Assembly: GCA_000004985.1 (NCBI GenBank)
Contig: GG738875.1
Reading direction: 5' to 3' (one strand)
DNA from: Naegleria gruberi
Taxonomy: Eukaryota
Length of the DNA stretch: 64,000 bases
Part shown: piece after piece, positions 33,601 to 45,100 of the stretch
Layout of the letters: each line of letters starts with the position of its first letter
Numbering within the stretch: position 1 is the first letter of the stretch
Notes under the pieces: model-generated
What the model saw: the letters and a program-made list of their open reading frames with translations, nothing else
Database searches by the model: none
What the model was told of the DNA's origin: nothing
Program-made: the position numbers and the translations under genes

Positions 33601-34598
33601 GAAACATGTTCAATAATAACGTATTTTCCAACATGGGATCTGAAATGTTTCCAAATCAAAATCAAATAAGTCCATTCCCAAATAATCAACAACATAACCA
33701 ATTCCAAAAGAATCAAGATAATACTTCTCAATTATTGCTCCAAAAATTACTTGATTCTAATAATCAACAACTCAACTCCAATGTACAGAACTCCTTCTCT
33801 TCTAGGCAACAACACCAAAATGATAACATGTTCAACATGAATAGCAATAATAATTTGAGCTCTCAAATTGATTCGCTAATGATGAACAAGAACAATAATA
33901 ACATGTTAAACATGACTAATAATTCCCAAATGCTCTACAATCAATTGAACAATCAACAACAGGTAAAATTTAATCAAATTTCTTCTCCTCAAAACCAACA
34001 ACTCAATTCCCCTCGCCAAAACAACAACCAACATAATCCTCTAATGAACCCATCCAATCATAATAATATCAATAGATTTGTCAAGACTGAATCGGATCTT
34101 AACCTTTCAATGAATTCTCAACCAAATTGGAAAGAATCATATGAGGAACCTGAAGTTGTTTCACTCAGTACACCAAGAGCTGTAGGAAGCAAGTCAGAGA
34201 CTAAGCGAATCAAGATCAAACAAGATACAATTTCTTCACCTCCTCAACAACAACACCAACACACTTCTCCATCTCATGATGCTGGCAATGACTCTTCACA
34301 CGACGAAGATGATGAGTCTGTCTCCTCAAATCCACAATCTCCTGACAAAAGTGGAAAGAAGAAGCGTAAGTCACATGTTACAGCCAGTCAGGTAGGAATT
34401 GTTGAATTGGAGAATAATGAAGGATTTGAATGTTCTTATTGTTTGAGAAAATTCAAGAGAAAATCTGATATCAAAGTCCACATTAGAAGACACACAGGAG
34501 AGAGACCTTATATTTGTGAAATTGATGGTTGTGGAAAGGCATTTACTACTGCAAGTAACCTCAGAAGACATAACAGGAATGTTCACACTAAAGAGTAA
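30672..34598 (+). CDS. Asn/Gln/Ser-rich nuclear protein with two C-terminal C2H2 zinc fingers, about 1300 aa. It is interrupted by a 50-N gap.
   Basis: Single long ORF with a gaaaaATG context. Long poly-Asn and Asn-Met tracts. C-terminal FECSYCLRKFKRKSDIKVHIRRHTGERPYICEIDGCGKAFTTASNLRRHNRNVH. N-run 31532-31581 lies inside the ORF. The stop at 34596-34598 is immediately before the second gap. Confidence 0.8.
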   Translation: MFNNPNASHFLGASGRRGSTSSTASSTSSSPFFPTSILQNNAFNLNQQINNVKGTPPILSTGYYFQQYQKQIEQNKSLRNTFNSPSIQRQSPQELATTLYRTSTVTGKQPTLDFVMNRQEEEGNNSSMNSVKKNNASTSSFSTDLHNSMQSMNSHQQDSSSSSTTSILTTANNNNIMTNNNTSYPVNFITQNQSQPYQSLFSSQTSTPILQGSSQQQLHHHNKITNATLCNSPFGEFEHEPHQSKRDEQGNNQSKTIITNNAPSLVQQQNKSKKLSEGTTNSKTNKXXXXXXXXXXXXXXXXXXLLKTSSSSLSPTLNNNYLNSIVVNNNQGVQLENTLGENYSSTNSSSATRKQSAGIVPSSPKEANKQFLSQRNNMSVSTASSNNNMLMNPSSASPTKQSPHLTSSLKTNVGFTSMQPPSSSSSTIPSSNRKLDIPTTSNNDNSTNSSSQQHNPIPTTSSSNPTSSPKIPALESEPPTVKLPSIYAVLLNDKDPYFSQGKDQNSEIIYLRPIAKMVENSKKKQSCHAQFGNNIVKKQSSLRSKIRGIVGSRRMEEFKKQTTSERAQSKTSSSAEESDKKDQSSENNLTVDVKTSSSDFNLDMNDDNIMAFGSSEDFGLMYDDMMGLDDQDFMSTLMSDDNLGLLSEQPNSNVSTPLLDRDSMRRSGSAMKHEVSHTSLSSFLSSPATPMASLPVNPSQTKEGQMVSNQSNFWDSSMSGSLDNIPVSSGNFFIPSAAKNSSSSNSMNVSNNNISSSMTTPNEMVRKQEVSTSNNMAPSRGVNSQNPVPSNQMSKPASNNSMMNNFNTSNNMNNTMNNNLNMNTINNNMNSLMNNMNNSMNSNSMMGNNKSMNNNMNSNMTNNNNMSTMNNNNNQHMGLNQQMAGMQNNMFANNNGMNNSVQNDSTSNFDTNNFFNISTDTLLQGILYAQKSGINLASLFALTLQQQQNQASSYNESTSNFGNSFKNNNQFNNMNNGNMFNNNVFSNMGSEMFPNQNQISPFPNNQQHNQFQKNQDNTSQLLLQKLLDSNNQQLNSNVQNSFSSRQQHQNDNMFNMNSNNNLSSQIDSLMMNKNNNNMLNMTNNSQMLYNQLNNQQQVKFNQISSPQNQQLNSPRQNNNQHNPLMNPSNHNNINRFVKTESDLNLSMNSQPNWKESYEEPEVVSLSTPRAVGSKSETKRIKIKQDTISSPPQQQHQHTSPSHDAGNDSSHDEDDESVSSNPQSPDKSGKKKRKSHVTASQVGIVELENNEGFECSYCLRKFKRKSDIKVHIRRHTGERPYICEIDGCGKAFTTASNLRRHNRNVHTKE
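31532..31581. other. Scaffold gap of 50 N.
   Basis: Run of exactly 50 n inside the zinc-finger gene. Confidence 0.95.
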
Positions 34599-34600
34599 AA

Positions 34601-34650
34601 NNNNNNNNNNNNNNNNNNNNNNNNNNNNNNNNNNNNNNNNNNNNNNNNNN
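34601..34650. other. Scaffold gap of 50 N.
   Basis: Run of exactly 50 n, 2 nt after the zinc-finger gene stop. Confidence 0.95.
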
Positions 34651-34820
34651 GTAATTGCTTGGAATCCAAAAGCAGCAAAAGAATACTCTTATTTGACTCA
34701 CTTTCTTGTACTTAACTTTTATTCAGTTAGATCTTCAAGATATTTTGTAAAGTTTAACAACGTGTTCCATGACGTATCTACTTGAGTTGACAGCAAGAAA
34801 TCAACAGAAAAAATAGATCA

Positions 34821-37372
34821 ATGTCTAGCAAGTATTTCCCTCCACATACCTATTGGGATGGTCGATGTTTTCCCAGTCACATAACTTCCTTCGGTACTAA
34901 TAATTCTTCTTCTGCCAATTATTCATCATCATTTGATGAGAATAATGGTGATGAATTGGATGTCAAGACGTATATTGAAAGTCAACAGGATGATCAACCG
35001 ATTGGTTATACTCCGATGGGTTCTGCTGCATGGGATGAAGGTTGGCAAGATTTTGATAATGATTCCTCACCATCTTCTCCACAGCCAATAACAAAATCTT
35101 CATCAACAGTTAAACAATTCTTTGATGATAACTTTGTTTCTTTAGAAGGAGATGATAATACTGATCAATCAGCAGCAGCAATTGATCAAAGTGAGAAGAA
35201 TTCTTCCATCAAACCGAATGAAAAATCAAATTCTTTTGATATGGTTGTCTTGTTGCAAAAGTTTTCCTATTATTACTTATCAATTGTGAATAATGATAAT
35301 TGTGGAGATAGATTTGAAAATGTGGAGGAGAGTGATGTCTTTATGATTCGTCTGCCTTCAGAGACAATTCGTGCCTCGAAGAAATTACTGATATCTGAGA
35401 GTAATTTCTTTAAGTTAATGATTGAGAGTCAAATGAAAGAAGCGAATGAAAATCAAGTGGATTTTAGTGCTCTTTCGAATGAAGAGGAATTGGACACACT
35501 CAAGATTTTGAATTTTCTGAGATATGGTAATATAGGCGTGCCAATTAAGGGAACAGCTTTTCCTTTAAATTTGGAAGATTTTGGAAGTAATCTTATTGGG
35601 ATTGTGGATTTATTGAGATTATTGGATGTGGCTGATAAGTTTGGAGTTGCTTCTTTTATTGTGTCGGTGACGAGTATTCTGAATCAATATAATGTTATGA
35701 TATTACTTGAGAAAGCTCTTCAAATTACACCAGAATTGGGGAGCATTCTAATTGAAGCGTGCATTTCTGTAATTTCACATAATTTGCCCTGTGTTTTAGG
35801 TGGTTTAATCTATGAAGGGGTCATTGATCAATTTCTGGAACGAATTCCAACCAGTATAGACGAATGGAATAAGAAATGCAAGGAAACTTACAAGATATTC
35901 AAACAAATCCAAATGTTCAACATCAAAACCGATACCAAACTCTTCATGCTACAATCTTTAAAGACCAATCCAACAGTGAACTATCTGGTTGATGTTTTGC
36001 CGTGTGACATATTTTTGAGAGTTATGAAATGTACAAATCAGCTGTGTGTTGATGATTTTCTTGGATTAATCACATTGTGGATCTTATCGAGCTCTTTTGA
36101 AACATGCTTTCAAGATTATTCCACATTGGAAAATCTCGAAACTGACAATTTAATTTATAGATTGAGAGAAGGAATCATTCTTGCATTGGAAAATGTCAAC
36201 ATGATGAAAATGACTCACAATAGAAGCTTATTTATGCTTCTTCATCCAATTATGAGATATTACAGCAGATCCTATCCTTTGGAATTCCAAGATTTATTTT
36301 CGACATTTCTTGTGGAAACAGCAGATCCAAAAAACTCAATAGGTGATTACACCTCTTTACACATGCTGGCAACTCAGACCATTGCACCCATGCTAAAGAA
36401 ATGCTTTGGAGATCATCCAATTTTGCCTAAAAAAGATATTGCTGAGCTATATTATCAATTCTGTTTTGATTCCACAGATAATTCTTATACGACAGATAAT
36501 GCGCAAAGGATTATTCCTCAACTTTTTGCAAAAATAATCAAGGAACAGGAAAATGATGAGATCATTAATGAATTTTCAAAATTACTGACCTATGTCATGT
36601 TTCATCAGTTTGGCAAGTTTGTTGAACAAGTTCCTAAACCTGCATTACCAATAGAAAAATATAAGATAATTGGACAAAAGAACTCTTTGAAATCTTTCGA
36701 GGCTAACTTATTTGGATTGGACGCCTCAGGAAAGACACTTCTATTAGAGAGAATGAAATCCCCAAATTCTAATGAGGTAGTTCAAACTTTTCAAACGATT
36801 GGATTTAATAATGAAACTATTTCATATGGAGGTGCTCCTATTAATGTTGTAAGTAGATTTTGAGTTTAGGATAATAATGTGTGGATTCTATTAAGGTTGA
36901 TGTTGGTGGGTCGGTAAGACTTAGAGGATTGTGGAAGAATTTCGTCTCACCAAATGCTCCTGATTTACTTGTCATGGTTGTTGACCTTTCCAATAGACAA
37001 AGATTCCAAGAAGCAAGAGAAAGTTTCGACAAACTAATGAACAATGTGGACACTCAACAAGATGATGGAAATGCCAAACCACTCTCTATTTTATTACTCG
37101 CCAATAAGACAGATTGCATACCAGATAAGGAACTTAGATCCGTCTTGGAATCAGAATTATTCAAGACATTCGAAACTTCTTCTTATTTATCAACATACAA
37201 CTTGTTGTGGAATAATTACCGATTCAAGTACATGTCCTGCTCTGCAAAGACTGGAGAGGGAATTGAGAATATTTGGAATTGGTTTTTTGAAAATGAATTC
37301 CTTAGTCAGTATTCAGTCGAGGAGAATCGTTACTTTATTCCTCTACCTTCATCAGCAGAATGGCTCGCCTAA
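34821..37372 (+). CDS. Protein with a large N-terminal region containing a BTB-like segment and a C-terminal Arf/Arl-family GTPase domain: join(34821..36848,36896..37372).
   Basis: The C-terminus carries the Arf-family motifs GLDASGKTLLLERM (P-loop), TIGFNNETISY, DVGGSVRLRGLWKNF (switch II), LLLANKTDC (NKxD) and CSAKTGEGI. A 47-nt GTAAGT...TTAAG intron (36849-36895) joins ...GGAPINV|VDVGGS... in frame; track ORF 36881 starts at a GTG inside it. N-terminal DVFMIRLPSETIRASKKLLISESNFFKLMIESQ is BTB-like. Confidence 0.7.
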
Positions 37373-37408
37373 AACTATTTGATGGTATTGATCTCGATTC
37401 AGAATAAG

Positions 37409-38251
37409 TTATTTATTTTGTCTTTCTGCAATTAGTTTGCTATGATATTCCTTAATTTCTGGATCATTTCTCATTTCAAAAGGAGTATAACAAAGTACAT
37501 CAGGATTTTTTTCAATAGCTTTCATGACAATATCCTTTTGATTTCTCAAATCAGCTGAAGCATATTTGATGGCTAATCCATCTTTCTCAACAGCCAACAT
37601 GATAATTTCTCGATCATTCTTGATAGCAAAGGGTAATTTGTCAATAATGGTGGTATCTCCTTTAATAGCAATCTTTAGCAGCTCCCTATCGTTTTCAAAT
37701 TCTTTCAAACAAATAAAGGCACGTCCATTTTGTTTAACTGCCATTTCAGCAAGTTCTCTATCTTTCTGAAATTCTTCTGGGGCGTCTGCAATTGCACATC
37801 CATCATTTTCAATGGCTTTTCTAACAATTTCTCTATCATTTTTCAATTCATCACCCACACCTCTCAAAATTCTTCCATTATTGGCAACAGCTGCCATTAC
37901 AATCTCCCTATCATTTGAAAATTCCTTTGGAAGCCATGATAGATTACCACTACTAGCAGCAGCCATCACAATTTCCCTATCCTTCTCTAATCCATCACTT
38001 ATAATTCCATGTTTCTTTGCAGATGCAAGATTAACATCTCTATCCTTTTTCAATTTCTTTGGTATTTCATAGGACAAGTCATATTCACTCTTTTCAATAA
38101 GCTTTATAACAAACTCCTTATCATTCCACAATTTAAATTCTTTGGCAACTACCATCATATCAGATGCAGTTGACAATTTTGCAGTCTGCTCAATAATCAT
38201 TGAACGATCCTTAGAGAAAAATGGAACTTTACACGAATAATAAACGAACAT
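37409..38251 (-). CDS. Protein made of tandem DUF4116-like repeats of about 35 aa each.
   Basis: At least five repeats of the pattern NDREIVMAAVxxNGxxLxxxxxELK (KDREIVMAAASSGNLSWLPKEFSNDREIVMAAVANNGRILRGVGDELKNDREIVRKAIENDGCAIADAPEEFQKDRELAEMAVKQNGRAF...). The family assignment is from memory of the DUF4116 consensus. Confidence 0.55.
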   Translation of the reverse strand: MFVYYSCKVPFFSKDRSMIIEQTAKLSTASDMMVVAKEFKLWNDKEFVIKLIEKSEYDLSYEIPKKLKKDRDVNLASAKKHGIISDGLEKDREIVMAAASSGNLSWLPKEFSNDREIVMAAVANNGRILRGVGDELKNDREIVRKAIENDGCAIADAPEEFQKDRELAEMAVKQNGRAFICLKEFENDRELLKIAIKGDTTIIDKLPFAIKNDREIIMLAVEKDGLAIKYASADLRNQKDIVMKAIEKNPDVLCYTPFEMRNDPEIKEYHSKLIAERQNK

Positions 38252-38276
38252 GAGATGATTTTAGAAAATTACAATT

Positions 38277-39419
38277 TTATATTCTGTTGAGAAATGATTC
38301 CATGTCGAGAGTGTCTTCTGCCATCCAGTTAATTGGTGCATGTTGTGGTGTTTTGGTAGTTTGAGATTTGTCATGATTGGATGGATCTTCTTGTTGCCAA
38401 ATGCTATCATTTGGAGGATAGGTTGGCATTGTACTATTGTAAGAATTCAGTGGTTGAAATTGTTGTTGTGGTTGAGTAGATTGTTGAGCTATCTCAATGC
38501 TTCTAATTTGGGATGAATTGGCTTGTGAAAGAGGAGAAAGAGTGAGAGAATTCACATACTGGAAAGGATAATCCACCTCAAGCACTCTGTTTGGAATAAA
38601 ATTGTCTAATGGAATTGCCTTAAACTTTTCAAGTTCTTTCTCAATCTGCTCCCTCGGTGAAGGATCTGGCAAATTCTCCTTCTTCTTATCAACAATTTCT
38701 TTAATTTCCCATTCAATTCTTCTAATAGTACAATGTGAATCATGAATTCCCAACCAATGCAAAGTTTTCGAATTGATCTTGTCGCCAATCATGTGGCCAT
38801 GAATTGTGGAGAAGGCATGTTCATCTCCCTTCATTCTGTCACATCTGTAAATTAACCATCCATCACATGCAAACATTTGCTCATTCTTTGCTGATTGATT
38901 GGTGAATTCTAGAGAATGAACACACAAATATACTTCATGACAATTCTCATCTTGAATGATTTTGCATTGATTTCTCTTGTATTGAACGCTTTCATTGAGA
39001 TGCAATTGACCGTGAGTCAATATCGAACAACAATTTCTATTATTCTCTGCAATCATCAACGTTTCTTCATAATTCTTCAAGATTGTCTTGATCATTTCAT
39101 CTCTAATCTTTTGAAAATTGAAGAAGATTTCTGATTGGGAGAGAGCTACTAGCTTACTCAACAAGGTGGTCAAATCAATTTTATATACACTTGATTCATA
39201 AGCGTACCATCTGTCTTTCTTTGATTCCTTCTTCTTGGTTGTGGTAGCTTGATTATCAACACTTTGATTATCGATTTCTTCATCATCACCCTCATCACGA
39301 TTTTTTTTATTATTATTAATTTTTCTAATTTTTATTTCGGAATCATCGGAGGTTGATGTTTCTTCATGTTTTCTCTTGGTAGATTGTTTCTTGGTGGTAG
39401 AGCTTCTTGTTCTTGGCAT
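38277..39419 (-). CDS. Basic nuclear protein, family unassigned.
   Basis: 380-aa ORF starting MPRTRSSTTKKQSTKRKHEE... with Lys/Arg-rich NLS-like stretches. The central Cys/His-containing region (NRNCCSILTHGQLHL...HGHMIGDK...HWLGIHDSHC) has no confidently recognised fold. Confidence 0.45.
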   Translation of the reverse strand: MPRTRSSTTKKQSTKRKHEETSTSDDSEIKIRKINNNKKNRDEGDDEEIDNQSVDNQATTTKKKESKKDRWYAYESSVYKIDLTTLLSKLVALSQSEIFFNFQKIRDEMIKTILKNYEETLMIAENNRNCCSILTHGQLHLNESVQYKRNQCKIIQDENCHEVYLCVHSLEFTNQSAKNEQMFACDGWLIYRCDRMKGDEHAFSTIHGHMIGDKINSKTLHWLGIHDSHCTIRRIEWEIKEIVDKKKENLPDPSPREQIEKELEKFKAIPLDNFIPNRVLEVDYPFQYVNSLTLSPLSQANSSQIRSIEIAQQSTQPQQQFQPLNSYNSTMPTYPPNDSIWQQEDPSNHDKSQTTKTPQHAPINWMAEDTLDMESFLNRI

Positions 39420-39610
39420 CTGATAATGATTTATAGTTCAAGAATTTTCAGCTGAATTTTTACTTACTTTTTTGTTCAGGCTTTTTTTTTTGAAATTGTT
39501 TGAAATGACTCTAGCCAGCTTTTATAGGGCAGGAAAACGAAAAATTTTGCAACGCATATTAATAGTATTGTAAAGTTTAATAAATTTTTACTGGTTGAAT
39601 TTGAATTACT

Positions 39611-41046
39611 CTATGGTTTGCACGATTTTTTGTGGTCTTTCCAGGCATTAACTTGGCATTCTCTGGAGCAATAATGCACCTTTTTACATTTGGCACAAAC
39701 TTTAAGATTCTGTGTCGAACCACACACTGCACATGTTTTGAGTATTTTTGGTATGGTTGCAATCGCCATTCGTGGTTCATTACGTGTTGGTTGTGAGTTT
39801 GGTGGCTTGATTTTTTCCAAATCCTCCTCTGTTAATAACTTCCTCAAGGATTTTTTCAAATTTAAATTTGTATCATAGTATTGAGGTTCCAATACTCCTT
39901 CAGTGTTTATCCATTTGGTGCCAGCTTCCCACCCAGCTTAATGTGTTATAATTCATCCAACATATTTCAAAACTTACATTCTGGAAGTGTTCCTATTGGT
40001 GCTTTCCAACCAACACTTCTATCCAAATTATCCAGTCTCTGTGATTCAAAATAAATAGTGCCATTGAGTGTATCAAGTAAAAGTTCTGATAGAATTTCCT
40101 TACTAGCGTATTCCCTCTGGCTGAAATTATGAAATGCTTCAATAATGTAACATTGTGTGGCATAGTCACTTGTTTCACTCAAGAGTTTAGCCATTTCACT
40201 AAATAATTCTTTCGACAATCTTGATAACAAGATAATGTCTTCAAATTCTTCGTATTCAATTTGTGAAAACCAATAAACTGCCTTTGTTAGACATCGTAGA
40301 CAATCCACCACAGTGATTTTCATGAATTTTTCATTCACAGTTGACATATTCTGCCTCGTAAGTAAATCCATTTGATAGGTAGCCTTTCCCATTTTCTTTG
40401 TATCCACAAGATGATTTTCAATGGTTACATATTTTGTTTCTGCTTGTACTTCTTGCTGTTTAATCTTTGAAATTGTTGCAGAATCTTTCACTTCCGATTT
40501 AAATTGCCACTCATTAATAAATTTGAAACAATGTAAAATTGCCTCCACTGCCTTTGCATCAATCATTTCAATTTTTGCAATTTTAGCAAGTAAACTCCTT
40601 CTGGTCTGTTTCTCCTCTTTCGATGATATTTGATTCTCCACCACAAATTTGAAAATACTAGCAAAACACATCAAAACCTCCCTCTTCTCTATCGTATGCT
40701 GATCAACTATAACACTTATCAAATTTTGCAATAAGGGAAATGTTTTTCCATAATATCCCTGTCCTCCTGATTCAACAATTGCTTCTTCACAACATTTCCT
40801 CATAATAATATTAATAATCCTAGCAGCATAAAAAGATGTAAATTCCATATCATATCTCTTCAAAAACTGAACCATTATTGGAAGACACTCTGATTCAATG
40901 TAAAAGGCTGTACCACCTGTTATATCCGATCCACTCACATGTTGAATTAAATTTGATAAGGGAAGTAAGAGGAAATTCTTTGATTCGGAATTTTGTGGCC
41001 ACTGTCTGAAGAATTCTCTCACGTTACTGCCATCACGTGATTCCAT
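39611..41046 (-). CDS. Protein of about 450 aa ending in a MYND zinc finger: complement(join(39611..39936,39978..41046)).
   Basis: A 41-nt GTAAGT...TTAAG intron joins ORF 39967-41046 (ends ...LPE-C) in frame to ORF 39611-39892, whose track start is a TTG. The product is ...APIGTLPESGWEAGTKWINTEGVLEPQYY...CAVCGSTQNLKVCAKCKKVHYCSRECQVNAWKDHKKSC. Confidence 0.6.
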
Positions 41047-41418
41047 GGCACAGAAGAGACAATTGTGTGGTCCAAATTTAATACCATGATGTTCTTCATG
41101 TTTTTGATTTTGTTTATTATTTGATGATGCTGATGGATTAACATTGTGATGCTGTTTTTGATCGGAATGATGAAGAGAATTTAATGATTTTATAGTGAGA
41201 ATGTACGTACAAATTTCATCATGTGCATTTCATAGAGAAAGGCCTTTTGTGTAATGTTCATTTTTTTTTGTTTAATTTGCCAATTCATTCTATAGTAGGA
41301 ATTTTACCATTTAATCCATATCATTATTTGGTACTGTATTTTCTCATCTGGAAAATAGCAAGAATAGCAAGCATTGCTTCAAAAACTAAAAAATTCTGAA
41401 TTTAGATTCAAAATTATC

Positions 41419-41491
41419 TGCTGACGGACGGGATCGAACCGGCGACCAATGGCTTATTAGACCAACGCTCTACCGACTGAGCTACGCCAGC
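41419..41491 (-). tRNA. tRNA-Ile, anticodon AAT.
   Basis: The reverse complement reads GCTGGCG-TA-GCTC-AGTCGGTA-GAGC-G-TTGGT-CTAATAA-GCCAT-TGGTC-GCCGG-TTCGATC-CCGTC-CGTCAGC-A. This is a cloverleaf with a 7-bp acceptor stem, GTTCGATC T-loop, U33 and A37. One mismatch each in the anticodon stem and the T stem. Confidence 0.8.
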
Positions 41492-41499
41492 TTACACTT

Positions 41500-41640
41500 A
41501 GTTGGAAATACCTTAATAAATGTGTAAAAGAAACAATTATGAGATTTATTCAGAATATTAGATAATTTTAAATCATTCTCTCTTACAAAAACCAGCAATA
41601 ATTTCCCTTTCACTCTTCTTCTCCTAAAAAAAGTTAGCAC
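41500..41640. repeat. Dispersed duplicate of the 3' end of the gene at 46242-46380.
   Basis: tttattcaga...ttagataattttaaatcattctc...acaaaaaccagcaataatttccctttcactcttctt matches 46240-46380 nearly base for base. The fragment encodes ...RENDLKLSNI, parallel to ...RMENDLKLSND of the parent. It lies right beside tRNA-Ile. Confidence 0.6.
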
Positions 41641-42101
41641 TGAAATTATCAAATACTGTAGGGATATACTCCACTGGATAGGTATTAGTAGCCAATCTAA
41701 TAAAGAGACAAGTTTTCCCAATAGAATTATTACCTAAACAAATTCTAATTAAATCTCTATAAATGATACCTACCAAATGATTTTTCTCAACAATATTTCA
41801 ACAAAATGTTGTTAAAAATCATGTTTTCCCAATAGAATTACATATACTTTTCCAAATCGTTTTGAACTTCTTCAGATTTGCATTTACAGTCATTGATCAT
41901 TAATTTTACATGGTCCAAACAAAACTGTTCCCAATATCTATCATCTTAACAAAGCTGACAAATTCTCATGTAAAATCATTTCCACCTGTAATAAATCATG
42001 AACATGTAGGAATGATAAAATCACTTGAAATTTAACATCATCAAAGTCACGTTTGGAGGAATTATTAATAGCCAAGATAAATTTAAAAAAATAGCCAATC
42101 A

Positions 42102-45100
42102 ATGATATCATCCTCTAAAACTCCTCCAAAGTTTGTGTCATATAAATTGATCTTGTTGGGCAGCAGTTCTACGGGTGAGTGTTTTTAATATGAGCTTTTA
42201 AAATTCACAACACATGATAATCAGGAAAGACGAATCTGGTCTTGCGATTTGTTAGAGGATACTTTAGTGAGCATGAGGAGAGCACTATTGGAGCTGCTTT
42301 CTTGACTCAAACTGTACCATTGGAGGATAGAGTTGTGAAATTTGAAATTTGGGATACGTAGGTTTTAGTATCTTTGATTAATCATTGAATGATTATTGTA
42401 AATGCATTTGAAACAATTATAGTAGTGGACAAGAACGATACAAATCATTGCCAGCAATGTACTTTAGAGGAGCTTATGCAGCTCTTGTGGTGTATGATAT
42501 TACCGATGCAGAGTCGTTCATACAAGCCCAAAAGTGGGTGACACTAGTTCAACAAGGTAATTCGACATTAGTAATTGCTCTTGCTGGTAATAATGCGCAC
42601 TTGGAGGATAAACGTCAAGTCGAGACATTTGAAGCCAAAGCATATGCTGAAAAGCATTCACTAATTTTCATGGAAACCTCAGCCAATACTGCTCAAAATG
42701 TTAATGAAATTTTTACTGCCCTAGCTCGCAAAATGCCAGTCGATACATCAATAGAAAGGGTGATGGCTTTTGAAGCTGTGAGGGAAAATTGGACAGTATT
42801 CAAATCACTTCAAGAAAACTTTAAAAGTGACAGAGACATTGCACTACTTGCAATTAGGAAAAATGGGTTGGCCTTAGAATTTGTATCAGTGGAACTGAAG
42901 AATGACAAATTATTGGTTCTTGATGCTGTGGAAAATCAAGGAATTGCATTGCAATATGCTTCAATGAATTTGAGGGCAGATAAGGAAGTGGTTCTTAGAG
43001 CTGTCAAAAATAATGGACTTGCTCTACAATATACCACAACAGAGAATTGCTCAGATGAAAAAATTATTCTGGATGCTATTGAAAATGATGTAACCTCCTT
43101 TCAGTTTGCTTCACAGGAAAAAAGATTTGATAAGGAATTTGTGAGAAAGGCAATATCAAAGGATTGTAAATGTTTTAATTTTACAGAATTGCAACACGAT
43201 ACTGAAATAATTCTCTTTGCTTTAGAGAATGGATATTCTCTCAAATATGCAAGCATGGAGCAACGAAACCATAGACCCTTGATATTGGAAGCAGTTAAAA
43301 AAGATGGAAATGCTCTTCGCTATGCCCCAAAATATTTACAAGACATTGAGCTAATTTTTATAGCCATTAATAATGGATTTACAAATCCAAAAAACATACT
43401 CACAAACGAACATTTAATATTGCAAGGTTTTACAAGAAATGTTATCAGTTTTCCAGATATTCCGAAAGAATTCAGAAACAACAAACAAATTTTGATGGAA
43501 ATAATAGCAAGATTTACAAAATTATATAATAACTCAAAGATGGAATATTACCAAGACATATCAAAATTTCAATCACTCTACAAGAGTGATCTAAAAATTT
43601 CATTAATGAATAATATTTTACAATCTTCAATAGATTCACATGCTATTACATGTTATGAATTGTTTCATGACTTGATTTTAATCGACACATTAAAAAGAGA
43701 AGAGCTCAGAAATTGGGGAAGGAAATGTAGAATGACATTGATATGGGCACAATATATTCCTGGCTTGTTACAATACTTGTCAAAAAACCATGTACCAAAT
43801 ATTGATTTAGAATTGGCAGTATATTTTTCCAATTACAGACCTAGAGGTACCTTTTCATTTAAAAGAACATATCCAAAGGAAATGTGGATAGAACTTAATC
43901 TTCTCAAGGAGATTTCTAATCATATCACCAAATTTAATTTAAGATCAGAATTAATTTTGGATTATCCATTTTACAATTCAAATTACTACCTGTTACTAGA
44001 TTTTATTACTAATATCATTAATGGATCTTTACAGGAAGTTAATTTCCAAAATATCAATTCATACACGTTTAATTTTTCAGATATATTTAACAAGGAATGT
44101 ACGGATACATTAATTTCAACTTGGATATCCCTAGATAATTTTCCAAAATTGTCCTCAATTTCAGAATTATTGAATCAAAATAAGGAAATATATTTGGAAG
44201 AGAGAGGTTATGCTTCTATAATACATTCAAAGTTTCCACTCTATATACCCACATCTATACTTGGAAAGGGCGCTGAAGGTATCGTTTTTGAATGTTATAA
44301 TGTTAAAGAAAGAAAAACGGTGGCATTCAAATTGAACTTTCAATATAATTTACAAGATCATGTAATAGTTGAATTATTAATGAAAAATATTGATGGAATA
44401 ATTCACTGTCATGAATGTAACGTATTTGAATATTCTGACAAGAAAATCAAATATATCATTATGGAAAAAGGGGAAAAAATTGGGCCTGCACTAGAGGACA
44501 TTTACAATAGAAACAATAATATGCTTGACAAGGAATCACTCACAACAATTCTACAAATGTTTGTACAAATATTACTGGCAGTGAATAATTTACATAACAA
44601 TAATTTTGCCCATCGAGATTTGAAACTCGCTAATATGGTTCTAGTAGGTGATACTATTAAGATTATCGATTTGGATTCCTCGAGAGTTATCATGACTAAC
44701 AAATCTTGCACATTGAATATTGGCACACTGAAATATATTGCCCCAGAATTATATAATAATGAAAGTGAAAGAATTTTACAGAACTTTGAAATATCCAAAC
44801 AATGTGACATGTTTTCTTTGGGATGTATATTATTGGAAATACTCATTCATCAACCCTTAATGTTAGACTCTGAATATTGTAATCAGGAGCAAATGGAAGA
44901 TGATCTAAATATCCAGCATTTTACAAATTCTGGATTGTACTTTCATCAAGCTGTTGGCACACAATACCTTCAACACAAGCTCCATCATGCAATCAAAATG
45001 CAAATAGATAGAATGGTTGATTCTTCATTAGAAATTAATACAATCCTCTCTAGGATAATCATTACAATGATTCAACAAAATCCAAACCTCAGAGGCAATT

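Noticed and set aside
36881-37372. Stand-alone 163-aa Arf-like GTPase ORF.
   Set aside because: Its 'start' is a GTG and it lacks the P-loop. The P-loop (GLDASGKT) lies at the end of the upstream ORF, and a 47-nt intron joins them in frame.
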